The notes under the pieces are model-generated. The model was not told where the DNA came from and made no database searches. It saw only the letters and a list, made by a program, of their open reading frames with translations. A program made the position numbers and the translations under genes. A DNA stretch of 63,866 nt, the filler included, from Reclinomonas americana ATCC 50394 (taxonomy: Eukaryota): assembly GCA_048213135.1 (NCBI GenBank). It is 10 parts of 10 records of this genome, joined end to end, with 100 filler letters (N's around TTAATTAATTAA, not from the genome) between each part and the next. Parts side by side here need not be neighbours in the genome. Positions count along the whole stretch, not along the records: positions 35,707 to 42,593 come from AFZH01022044.1; positions 42,694 to 54,143 come from AFZH01022046.1; 8 more parts are not named here. The stretch is one strand, 5' to 3'. Within the stretch, counting starts at the first letter, position 1; each line of letters starts with the position of its first letter. Positions 39,668 to 51,900 of this stretch are shown one piece after another.

Positions 39668-40641
39668 ATGGCAGTCAGACCCGTCACCTCACCGCACAGC
39701 CGGCCACTCACCGACGCAGTTGAGTGCCTCGACGCTCCTTCGTCTTCCCACCGCACTCTCTCCCTCACACACACACACACACACACACACTAACAGAGGA
39801 TCGTTGATCGAGCCTTCTTCCGCACACCGCGCGACGCTCCGATCTGGTGGAAGGCCGACTCGCGCAAAGACGAGCCACTGCTGGAGGTGTGTGTGTGTGT
39901 GCTTTTGCGCGAACACACAGGCGCCCGCGCAAACCACTGACTCGACGCGTTGGTGGCTTTTCGTTCGTCACACACAGCACACACTGCGGGAGAGTGAATT
40001 CAGTGTGCCGCGACCCGAGGTAGTGCAGGAGGTGCCACTACGGTCGGACTATGTACGCGTGCGACGCACACCAGCGGCGACCTTTGGCACCGCGCCTCGT
40101 GATGTGGCCAAGCCACTCACATTGCCGCCGCTGAATCTGTCGTCGGTTAACTCGTCGCGCGCCACCAGTGCGCGACACTCTGCTCGCTCCGCGACTGGGA
40201 GGGGCAGTGAGACAGCAGCAGGAGCAGCAAGCTCAAAGGGCGGGCTGACGGCGAGGGAACAGTTCTACAGTTGTATATCGGCACGAACCGCACGTGGAGA
40301 AGCCCGCAGCTGGCAGTTTGGTGCGTGTGTGTGTTTCTCCGTGATCCGCAAGTGTCGAGGCGTTGTTGTTGTTGTTGTTGGAGCTCATCAGCACGAGTGC
40401 ATGGCGTGCAGGGTACGCAACATCATCGTTTGGGCAGTCGGAGCTGCGTGAGAAATCGTCATCGGTGCGGAACCCAGGTCCTGGTTCCTAGTTGCGTGAG
40501 GGCAGCGGAAGGCGGTGAGACAGGGGGGCAGTGACGCTGACTGCGATGGTGATGTGTAGCGAACCACGGAATCCAACGCAGGAGTTGTCGAAGAAGCGCG
40601 CCGTCTCGTTCCAACGCGCCAGGCGCTTCCCCGTCAAGTGA
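39668..40641 (+). CDS. SHIPPO/PGP-repeat (ODF3-like) flagellar protein
   Basis: Splicing out 40491-40559 gives NPGPGSY|EP. Also contains PAATFGTAPR and a C-terminal AVSFQRARRF. Confidence 0.55.
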
Positions 40642-41007
40642 TCCTCGCCCCTCGCAGCACAAGCGTAATCAATGAATCTCGTCGATATGTGTATAGCGGG
40701 GGGCGCCAAGCGTGGACAACAGCATGCACAGCGTTGCGCAGCGGTCCTATTTGCGTTTTCCGGGCCCGCGACGACCTCAGTGGACCTACAATCGCAATGT
40801 CTCCGCTTCGCAAATGCATGGAAACAGGCGGGTCGAAAATGGTCGCAAAGTGCCCCGCACTGCGCCGTCACCGGCTGTGCGGGCCCTTTTTTGTGGACCG
40901 AGTGTCCGATTGTGGACCGCGCTGCTCGATTTGCACATTTCGAACTGATTGAGGAGAGAAGACAAGGAGCAAAAGTTGACCCTTGAAGAGAACGCATCCG
41001 AGTTTGC

Positions 41008-42423
41008 ATGTGGCAAGGCGTAGTGTTTGCTCAGGTGGCGGTGGTGGACGACGACGATGATCGGTGCACCACCTCGTGCGGTGTGCGTCTGCGGGCTGAA
41101 GACTGTGCGAGCCTTGTTGCGTTGCGACGGGCCCTCTCGGCGGCGTGCCCCTGGGACCGACTGCGTGACGAGTGGCCACTGGAGATTGCTGTTGCGTGCA
41201 CCGTTTGACGAGTGTTCTCTCTCCTTCACGTCGTGCGCTGACTTGACTACAACAGTGTGGACTGGTCGGCAGCGAGTTTGTGGTGATCGGAGACGAGGAG
41301 CAGTGGAGGAGACACTTTGTGGGCATCATGGATGGACGTACAAGGCCCGCCTTTCGTGTGCAGAAGAAGCAAGGTACTGTGCATGTGGATTGGAGATCAC
41401 ATGCACGACGAGGGCCTCTTTTCTCATCTCTTCATCACAGTCGCCGCTGCGCAAAAGCGACCAGTGCTGCGATCGCATCGTGCGGCCCACCTCGGTTTCC
41501 TGTCGCTGTCGACGCAGCTGTCCAAGTTGATCGAGGGAGTGTCGGCGGTCGGAACGGTGACCGCGAATGACGCCGAGAGCACCGCTTTTGATGCCGAGGA
41601 CGACGATGATGAGGAGGACGAAGACAGCGGTCTGGACGACGACGAGGAGGAGGAGGTGCCGCAGGTGACTGGTGCCACTTTGAAGGTGGTACCGGTCCCT
41701 CCACTCGTCATGGTTCCGCCACTGGTCCGCTCACGACGAGAGCGCGAGGTGCCGGTGCAGCAGCAGCATGCGCAGCAGCAGCAGCGAGGTCACCACCATC
41801 ACACGCTGACCGACGTGGACTGCGCGAGTTCCACGTACAGCTCGACCCTGCATCGTCGGCGCCGACCACGCGACGAGCGGCACTCACGATCGGCCCACGC
41901 CACACCACGCACCGACCGCGACTTGTATGCCTTTGCACCGCGCAGTGCACGCGGCGATTTCGGCGGCCCGCTGTCGGCACGCTCGTCGGTGGCGCCCTCC
42001 TGGACGCCCGCCGTCACCACGGCCACCGCATCGTCGTGCGCACAGTCCCTGCTGTATCGCGCCGCCATGGATCACAGCATGCAAGACAACCGCGAGGCAG
42101 TGGTGCGGAACGACCACGGCTGTGCACACGGACATGTGCAGCATCAGCGGCGCCACTCGTCGGTCAGCTGCGCCCTGGCCAACCACAGCGGGCACAGCTT
42201 CGGCGCCGGCAGCAGCTGCGGTGGCCGTGGTGGCTATCTCAACAATTTTATTGGCGACGACGACGAGGATCGCTCGCTGGTGCACACGGCCAGCATGAAT
42301 TTTGACGACGCCTTTGAGCATCTGCTGGACCTGGGCTTCGAGCCGACACTGGCGCACGTCTGTCTGAGTAAGGCTGACTGCGATGTGCCTCGTGCCCTGG
42401 CCCTCTTGCGCTCGTGCAGATGA
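41008..42423 (+). CDS. PB1-like plus C-terminal UBA protein (p62/NBR1-like architecture)
   Basis: C-terminal UBA FDDAFEHLLDLGFEPTLAHVCLSKADCDVPRALALL. N-terminal beta-grasp-like region with EFVVIGDEEQW. Acidic linker. Confidence 0.6.
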
Positions 42424-42693
42424 GATGGTTTTAGAAGAGGAGAAGTGGCAGCAGCAGAGAAGGAAAATGTTTTAAGCATAAAGAGACTAAGAAGAACTGT
42501 TTATCACTTGGAGGGGAAACAGGGAAAGACATCGAGCATTTCGATATCGGAGAGGCCTCAACCTGCACTGTGACGAGCAACAAGGCTTCAGAANNNNNNN
42601 NNNNNNNNNNNNNNNNNNNNNNNNNNNNNNNNNNNNNTTAATTAATTAANNNNNNNNNNNNNNNNNNNNNNNNNNNNNNNNNNNNNNNNNNNN

Positions 42694-45600
42694 TGCGGCG
42701 GTGTGGAAATCAGTCTGTTTCAACCCGCGGGTCGACTGACGGCTGATGAGGGTGACCACCACCGGCGTGTTGCCCACCAGCGTGCTCTCTCTGCAACATG
42801 ACGGTGATCCATGTCAGTAATCGTGCACAACTGCCTGCAAATCTTCGCAGACAAACTCACCGCCCGAAACCATCACGTAGCCACTGGAATTGTCACGTGG
42901 CACCAGCCGCGATCCCACCAGCATGGAACGCAGCTCCAACGCCTGCACGCGACTATCGCCGCGCACCGTCATCAACACCTGCGAGGTGGCAGCGGCCGCC
43001 TCACCGACGGCCACCTCAAAGTTGTCGCTGCGTGCCGTGCCACTCGAATCGAGTCGAATGGACCGCACACCCGTCAGCGCCAGCGCAATCGAGGGGATTG
43101 TCTGGAATCCGAACGCATGGGCATTCACCACTTCCTGCTCACACAGCCGCGTGGTTGCGACAAATGAGTTCAGGGACCATGTACAGGTCTGCTTGCATTA
43201 ACAAACCGTGGTGAAATTCTTGTCGGTGGCCAGGCTCAGTCACTCATTGGCGGCCTTCTGACGCGGCAATTCATTGTCGTGTGTGTACGTCGCGGCAGGG
43301 TCCGCGTACATGGCGATGAAATCTGCGACGTAGGTCGTGAGTTTCATGCAAGTGTGCACGAAAACGAAGTCGATCTCACGAAACTGGTGACGAGCGAGTC
43401 GAACTGCGCAGTGCCGAGTGCCGAGCACTGCACCGTCAGCATAAACTTGGTCAAGGGCCTCGCGCAGCGAATGTCAGTGTCGCCCTCAATCGTATTGGAG
43501 AGAGCGGAGAATGCCAAAGAGCACAGTGGGAATCGCCGGGAACGATTGCACAAAGCGGTGTGTAATCTCCACGGAGCGAGTGCCAGTGCCAGTGCTCATC
43601 TGTCGCACAACCAGGAAGCAAACGTCAGCAGGTATGGCGTGGACACCATGCGATTGAGAATGACATGCTATCCAACCCGCTCCTCCGTCACTCCTCTCTG
43701 GTTCACACATAAACTCTCTGACTCACTCACTTGTTGTTGTTTATCTCATCAACAGCACCTCAACATTTCCTTTCTGTCCCCCACCTCCTCTCCTCGCACG
43801 CACAGTTGACCTTCAAAGTCGACCTCTTCTATGTCACTCATCTATTGAATCCCCAAGCACACACTCCTAAAAGTCTTAGCCACTTCCCTCCTCAAATCTT
43901 CCATTCGTGTCACCCACAACCCGTCCCCTCATGCGGTGTATTCACATCACACATGGGAACAACTAATCTTTTCTTCGCCCAGTCGGTCCCTCACTCTCGT
44001 AGGACAAGAACAATCTCCACTGATGCGCTCCTCCTTTCTCACTCTCTCCTTCTTACCGTCGTCACACAATACCACAAATATTGACAAACTGTCTTCCTCT
44101 CTTCTCCCTCCAACTTTTCTCTCGCATACAGAATCAACCTCCATTAAGAATGCTCGCTTTGTAACCCTCTCGATGGCATCCAATCCACACACTACCACAA
44201 CCTATTCTATCTCATTCCCCCTCTGCCTTGCCACACACACAGCCTCCACGGCACACTTCTTACTGTTACTATCTCGCCAATGCATTCTCATCCACACTGC
44301 CACAAAGTATCAATTCCCTTCCCACCTCTGACGATCCTCTCTTACCACACACACTGCATCCACGGCACACGTCTCATTCTTACTATTTCTCCAATGCATT
44401 CTCATCCACACCACCAAAGAAGGTATCATTTCCCTTCCCACGTCTGATGATCCTCCCTTGCCACACACACAAGCAGCCTCCGCAAACATTCTCCTCTTTG
44501 TTTCTCTCTCCAATGCATTCCCATGTGTACACCCTCAACCGCAGCCAATCCGTTCCATCCCTCCTCTGTCGATTCTCTCTGTCACACACACACATTTACA
44601 CAGACATTCTTCTCCTCTCCCTTGCATCCATCCACACATACTTTATCAACGTATCATTTTCTTCCCCATCGGGCGATTGCCTCTGTCACACATACATTTC
44701 CGTAGACATTCTTCTCCTCTCCCATCCATCCACACGGTATCTACCACGACAACTCCTTTCCCTTCCCCCTTCTGCATTTCTTCGCATTCCACACGCAATC
44801 TCCTCAAACTCACTTTTCTCTGATTCTCTCTTCCTTACATACATGCACGCACTGTCGACCAAAACCAATCCGTCCCATCCCCCGTTTGACGATCCTCTCT
44901 CGCCATCCAATCTCCACAGACACACTTCTCTCTGTTTCTCTCTCCTTCACATCCCCTTCCACACACTCACTGCCACAACCAATCCGTCTCCTTTTCTCCT
45001 CCTTCTCCTTTCCATTCTTGGCACTGTCATTCTCTCAACCGCTTCAATCCACATCCACACACAACACAACCTATTCATCCCCTGACGGTCCTCTCTTTCG
45101 TCACAAATTCTCCACGGACACACTTCTCTTTGTTACACTCCCCAACGAGTTCCCATCCACACACTTCCAAAGCTAATCTGTTACCTTTCTCCCTTCTGTC
45201 TTTCCTCTTTTGTAATGCACACAAACTCAACAGACATTCTTCAGTCTGTTTCTCTCTCCCTTGCTTTCTCATCAACACACTTCCACTCTGTCTCTTCCAT
45301 GCAAAATGCCTTCAAAAACTCTCTTCTCCTTGCCTCACTTCCCTCCGTCCCCCTTCCCACCTTACCTCTCTTCTCCTCGTCTCACATCCTTCCACATCGC
45401 CCATGATCTCCCTCCCTTCTCCCTGTCTCAACTCCCTCCTCCAACTTCCCTCTTAACTCCCTTCCCTCTTTACCTCCCTTCCCTCTTTACCCCCCTTCCC
45501 TCTTTACCTCCCGTCCCTCTTCACCTCCTTCCCTCTTTGCCCCCTTCCCTCTTCACCCCCTTCCCTCTTTACCCCCTTCCCTCTGCACCTTCCTTCCCTC

Positions 45601-47790
45601 TTCACCCGCCTTCCCTCTTCACCTCCCTTCCCTCTTCACCAGCCTTCCCTCTTCACCCCCTTTCCTCTTCACCCCCTTTCCTCTTCACCCGCCTTCCCTC
45701 TTCCCCTTTTAACCCTCCCTCTTCACCACGCAACGATTGTCCCCGCCTGGTTGGCCACCACCGACGACGTCTGCACCAGCATACCCGAGGTAACACGAAT
45801 GTCGCTGTTCGACACCGCCTTGTACGTCGCCCCTGGAGTGGTTGCCACACAGAACGTGGCATGTACCGACTTGGAGCTCGTGAGCTGCACCTTGAACTGT
45901 CCACAGCCGCCAGCAACAGATCCATAGAAGCATGACGACGCATCAAACACGCCGTCTTGGAAGGCCGTAATCGCAAGGGCCGCTGACGAGAGAGAAAGAG
46001 AGAGACATGCAAAGAGGGTGAGTAAAGATCTCCTCCACCGCCCGCGCAAAATCTTCTCATTCTCAGCACTCACCCGAAGCCGGACCATTGCAGTCGGATC
46101 CAGCGTCGACGACCTTGAAACGAGTACAATTCGACAGCGTGCGCGATGGCGAATGCAACACCAACGTAGTTGGCACACCGAGAGGCAACGAAGTCGGAGA
46201 AATGAAGCCGACATCGGGGTCGGTGACGGTCGTGATGGTCAATTGCACACCGAGAGGCACATACGAGCCGTCTTGGAAGCTGTGCGCAGATATTTTGTCA
46301 GTGTAGATCCGTCGCATTCTCTCTCTTATCCTTCCACTTTTCTCGTTGAACATGAAAGAAAATGACAAAAAGTCCCACTCATTCGCGCATGCAGTCTCAC
46401 ACTCTCATTTTTCCTACTGTTCCTCAGCCCTCTTGCCTCTCGCAACCGCCCTCTCATTCACATCCTCCCATGTCTCTCGCACATACGTGGCTCACTTGCA
46501 GCCTCTCACTCACTTTTCCTACTGCTCCTCAGCCCTCTTGCCTCACACAGCCGCCCTCTCATTCACATCCTCGCGTATCTCTCGCACATACGTGGCTCAC
46601 CTGCAGCCTCTCACTCTCATTGGCCTACTGTTCCTCAGCCCTCTTGACGCTCGCAACCGCGCTCTTGTTCACATCCTCGCATATCTCTCGCACATACGTG
46701 GCTCACCTGCAGCCTCTCACTCACTTTCCCTACTGTTCCTCAGCCCTCTTGCCTCTCGCAACCGCCCTCTCATTCACATCCTACCATTTCTCTCGCACAC
46801 ACAGATGATCTACTTTGTGTCTCACCTGCCTCTCCCGCTTTCCTTCATCCCAACTCTCCCGGCACCACTGCTTTGTTCTTTCTGCCTCACACCATACACT
46901 CTCACGCCCTTTCTCTATCACCATTTCCCTCGCCCATATCTCTCTCAACGGTACTGCTCTCTCTCCCCTGTCTCTCTGTCTTCACCGTCGTTCCTCCCTT
47001 TCCCCTTCCCCCCCCCCTCCCTCTCTCTTTTTCCTCCCTTCCCTCTTTCCCTCCGTAACACACCGACCACATATTTGATACGTGCCAGGTGGATCCAGCG
47101 TACATGAGGCGAGAGAGACCGCAGAAATGGTGGAAACCGTGGCCGTAATACGCGTCGGCGACACCGCAGTGACCACAAAGGCAGCCGCCCGCAAGTCCAT
47201 CGACGAACAGTCGGTGGCGAGTGACAGGAAGAATGCCAGTGGCGTGCCGCCAGGTGTGACTGGATTACTGCCACTGGCAGCGCTGCAGCCAGCAACGGGA
47301 AGTCACCACTCGACAGGACCACAGTTTGCGACTTGATGCCCTGGGATATGGAAGGCACGGAAGTTGCTCTTGACACGATCTGCATGGTCGCCTCGTTAGG
47401 TAAACATGACAGCATAACATCTCCAGCAGGAACGCAACAAATGGATACAGACGCCAGGCCAAAGTAGCCTGCCAGATCAGTGGACGACAGGCACAACTGC
47501 TGCTTGGTTGGTGTTGTCTCTCCAGTCGTGTCGAATGTCCATGTGATGGTATAGGTCGTGCCATCAGATGCGATGTTGAAGCCGCTGATGATCGTGGCCA
47601 CATTCCCGCGGCAGTCGGCGTTCTTGAACAGTGTGAATGACGGCGTGGCAAAGGGGAACGAGGCCACTGGCACCGTCAACACCACTACTTGTCCGGACAA
47701 ACCGACGCGAAGACCGATTGTGCTCGATGTTGTTGCGCCAGTGACTACAGAAAGATGCAGGAGAATGAGAAGGATGATGGATGTGAGCAT
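42694..47790 (-). CDS. Large secreted/surface protein with Cys-containing beta-rich repeats; apparent frameshift; 3' partial
   Basis: Signal peptide MLTSIILLILLHLSVVTG. Exons at about 47790-47070, 46303-46072, 45983-45730 and 43630-42694, separated by long repeat-rich introns. The frame changes near 47290. Confidence 0.55.
44225..45180. repeat. Degenerate ~115-nt tandem repeat in an intron
   Basis: The unit ccacacacac...ccaatgcattctcatccacac...cccttcccac.tctga.gatcct recurs at about 44231, 44345 and 44461, then decays. Confidence 0.6.
45420..45730. repeat. Polypyrimidine minisatellite (cccttccctctt[c/t]acc)n
   Basis: A 16-18-nt unit is repeated many times; the tract is nearly pure C/T on the + strand. 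Confidence 0.85.
46395..46798. repeat. ~105-nt tandem repeat, about 3.7 copies, intronic
   Basis: The unit start cctactg.tcctcagccctcttg...cacatacgtggctcac.tgcagcctctcactc occurs at about 46413, 46518, 46624 and 46729 (last copy truncated). Confidence 0.85.
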
Positions 47791-48977
47791 GACATGCTGG
47801 GTGACCCGTACCAACAGTGGTCGTGTTGCCGATTGTCACCGTGTATGACGACACGACGGTTGGGATTGAAAATGTTGGCACCGGCACTGCCGACACACAA
47901 CAAGCACATGAGCAACTCATTTTGATCTCTGCACTCTTCGCACTCTCCACTCGTACTCACAGACGGTAAGTTGGCCACCGGCAACGGCAGTAAACGATCC
48001 GACGCCACCAAATTGAATGCTGTAATACACAGAGTGAGTGAATGGAATACGCTGACTCAAGCTCGCTTCTCGCAGAGAGTAAGAGAAAGGAAAACGAGCT
48101 TTTGACGCAAAGAAACCACCGAAGACGACCAAGAATGCTCATTCAATCGATGCAAATGTCTACAGTCTACAAAGTCCATCCACGGGGCTCCATTCTAATG
48201 TAATCTCGTACATCTCGCTCAACACACATGCTTTCATTCTAAGTGTCTCTCTGGCCACATGACGCATCTTACAATTGCAACTCACTCATTCTGCTCACCG
48301 TTGCTTCCCCATTCCTCCTCCCTTCACCTCCTTTTTATCCCTGCCGGCTGATCTCTCTCACTCTCTCGCCCTTGCTCACAAACTCACATATACACACACA
48401 GTCACACTGCACAAGCTCTCGCACACGGAAAACAACCGCACATTCTCATTGGTCCCAGTTTCAATTCTCTCCATCTCACCTCTAACCTCCTCTCTTCTCT
48501 TCGTTCTTCCCCTCTCCTTTCTCTTACATTCCTTTATCTCCTGTCATCTTTCCACTCATCCCCCCTCTCAAACATTCTCCTCTTTTCCTCTCTTCACTTC
48601 TAGATCTCCTTCTCTTCTCCTTCCTTCCCTTCTTCTTCTCTTCTCCTCCCGTCTCTTCCCCTTTTTCCCTTCACCCATTTCCCTTCTTCCCTGCCTTCCC
48701 GCCTCCTCCCGTCTCCGACCGTCTCCTCCCGTCTCCTCCCGTCCCCTCCCCACATACAGCAATTGCAAACAGGCTGTGCAGCGCATCGTCAGATCACTGA
48801 GATTTCCTCTGACAGAGAAAGTAAGCAACGAGTGGATTGCCTCGTGATGGTCAATCAACACACACGGCATACAACTCGAGGGCGAGCATAACATGTATGT
48901 TCCTACATCTGGTACGACCTCATCGCAAACAAGCTGGTTTACATTCGAAGGTTCATACACGCTCGCAGTTATGCTCA

Positions 48978-51900
48978 TCACATAATTAAATCGGTGAAAT
49001 CAGGCAGGAAGGAGCCGATGATGCGCTCGAGCATCTCTTCACGATGAGGCACAAGCATTATATACTTTCCAAGTGGAACAACGCGCTGGCCGTCGGGTGT
49101 CACTGCAAATGCGGATGCCCAACTCAAGCGACCTTTCAGTCGGTGCACCTCCTCGCCACATGCCACCGACCACACCCGTACAGTCTTGTCCCAACTGCCA
49201 CTCACAATGTGCTGGCCATCGGGTGTCACTGCAACTGCATGCACCGAATCCGTGTGGCCTTCCAGACGGCGCACCTCCTCGCCACTTGCCACCGACCACA
49301 CCCGTACAGTCTTGTCCCAACTGCCACTCACAATGTGCTGGTCATCGGGTGTCACTGCAACTGCATGCACCGAATCCGTGTGGCCTTCCAGTCGGCGCAC
49401 CTCCTCGCCATTTGCCACCGACCACACTCGTACAATCATGTCCAAACTGCCACTCACGATGTGCTGTCCGATGGGTGTCACTGCTACTGCCCACACCCCA
49501 CCAGAGTGACCTTCTAGTCGGCGCACCTCCTCGCCACTTGCCACCGACCACACCCGTACAGTCTTGTCTCCACTGGCACTCACAATATACTGGCCATCGG
49601 GTGTCACTGCCACTGCACTTACCCAATCCGTGTGACCTTCCAGTCGGCGCATCTCCTTGCCACTTGCCACCGACCACACTCGTACAGTCTTGTCCCTACT
49701 GCCACTCACAATGTGCCGACCATCGGGTGTCACTGCCACTGCATTCACCGACTCCGTGTGGCCTTCCAGTCGTCGCACTTCCTCGCCACTTGCCAATGAC
49801 CACACCCGTACAGTCTCGTCCCCACTGCCGCTCACAATGTGCTGGCCATCGGGTGTCACTGCCACTGCCCGTACACAATCAGTGTGGCCTTCCAGCCGGC
49901 GCACCTCCTCGCCACTTGCCACCGACCACACCCGCACAGTGCTGTCACCACTGCCACTCACAATGTTCTGCCCATCGAGTGTCACTGCCACTGCCCGCAC
50001 CCAATTCGTGTGGCCCTCCAGTCGGCGCACCTCCTCGCCACTTGCAAGTGACCACATCCGTACAGTCCTGTCCCCACCGCCACTCACTATATGCTGGCCA
50101 TCGGGTGTCACTGCCACTGCATGTACCTCATCCGTGTGGCCTTCCAGTCGGCGCACCTCCTCGCCGCTTGCCACCGACCACACCCGTACAGTCTTGTCAG
50201 AACTGCCACTTACAATGTGCTGGCCATCGGGTGTCACTGCCACAGCATTCACTGACACTGTGTGGCCTTCCAGTCGGCGCACCTCCTCGCCACTTGCCAG
50301 TGACCACACCCGTACAGTCTCATCCTCACTGCCACTCGCAATATACTGGCAATCGGGTGTCACTGTCACTGCATACACAGCACCCGTGTGGCCTTCCAGT
50401 CGGCGCACCTCCTCGCCACTTGCCACAGACCACACTCCAACAGTCTCGTCCCAACTGCCACTCACAATGTGCTGGCCATCGGGTGTCACTGTCACTGCCA
50501 ACACCCAACCCGTGTGGCCTTCCAGTCGGCGCACCTCCTCGCCACTTGCCACAGACCACACCCGTACAGTCTCGTCCCAACTGCCACTCGCAATATACTG
50601 GCAATCGGGTGTCACTGTCACTGCAAGCACCCCACTCGTGTGGCCTTCCAGTCGGCGCACCTCCTCGCCACTCGCTAGCGACCATATCCGCACAGTCTTG
50701 TCCTCACTGCCACTCACGATGTGCTGCCCATCGGGTGTCACTGCCACTGCATGTACCTCATCCGTGTGGCCTTCCAGTCGACGAACTTCCTCGCCACTCG
50801 CCAGTGACCACACGCGTACAGTCTCGTCCCCACTGCCGCTCACAATGTGCTGGCCATCGGGTGTCACTGCCACTGCACGCACCGCACCAGTGTGCCCCTC
50901 CATCGGCTTCCTCGGCCACTTAACTCCCGTCATATCCGCCCCCCTGAAATCCGCCTCCCTCGCATACGCCATGCACACATTCACCCCTCGCATATCCGCT
51001 CCCCTCCACACCGTCCTGTGCATCACCGCATCCCTCAAATCCGCCCCCCTCACTCGCACACCCGACAGATCCCGCCCACTGAACGACACTTGTGCCACAC
51101 ACAACACCGTCGCTGCATTTGCCGCGGCCGTCACCAACCGCTCCTCATCCAACTCCCGCGATAACTCAATCACCTCCCACAGTCTTGCTTGCAACCGAGT
51201 AGATCGTCGCACCACCTCGGCCATCTGTTCCACCAACGATGGTCGATCATTCAGCAGTCGCACACCCAACACATGCTGCTGCACATCTTGCATCGTCAGT
51301 TTCCTCTCCTCATCCCACGTCTCCCACGCAAACACATGCCGTGCCACACAATGCTCCAGCAACGACAGATGCACGAATCCCCACTGGGTCGTCCCATATC
51401 GTCGCACAATCGGACAACACACTCGCACATGCTGATTCGTGTGCCCAAGGAACTTGTCAAACGGTCCCTCTTCCACTCGTCGCAAGGCAAGTGGAGCGCC
51501 GCCAAATTCAGCAATGTCCTCTTCGAATGCACACTCCTCAGACATCGCCCGCACCACATTCCTCTCGTGCATCACACGTGCCAGGCCCTCACAGAATGCC
51601 AGACACGTCTCCTCACTCGGCACACGCTCCGTACCAAGACGCGTCTGCCTCTCCTGCTCCCTCGCAATCCACTGTCGAATGAATCGGTCAAACACATCAC
51701 ACCGAGTCGGTCGCTGCACACCACTAGCCACCAACTGCGGCAACACGTGAGCCACCACCGACAGCATGAATGGATTCGACACCAGTGCATCCAATCCATG
51801 CACACTCTTCAGTGCACGAATGTTCTCCTCAGCAGTCGACCAACGCACATCACCGTCGTCACAATCGCCATCCATATGCGCCAGGCGCTCAAAGTACTCC

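Noticed and set aside
198..41430. Introner-type mobile introns
   Set aside because: Introns share length and short motifs, but I see no extended sequence similarity or terminal repeats between them.
1..42423. Alternative genetic code or massive pseudogenisation suggested by fragmented ORFs
   Set aside because: Short introns restore the frames, and TAA, TAG and TGA all serve as terminal stops.
43731..47107. S/L/P/H-rich + strand ORFs (also 54550-55612)
   Set aside because: They are translations of low-complexity TC-rich intronic or intergenic repeats.
48568..48981. ORF overlapping the NLR stop (TGATG) as a coupled partner gene or readthrough product
   Set aside because: The homologous flank of copy 2 is frameshifted and stops early, and in-frame stops follow the NLR stop. 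It is best read as a duplicated 3' UTR.
49073..51435. Long + strand ORFs (616 aa Cys/His/Pro-rich repeat and 592 aa; also 57064-58185)
   Set aside because: They are antisense shadows of the WD40 array and stay open because the repeat unit lacks stops.
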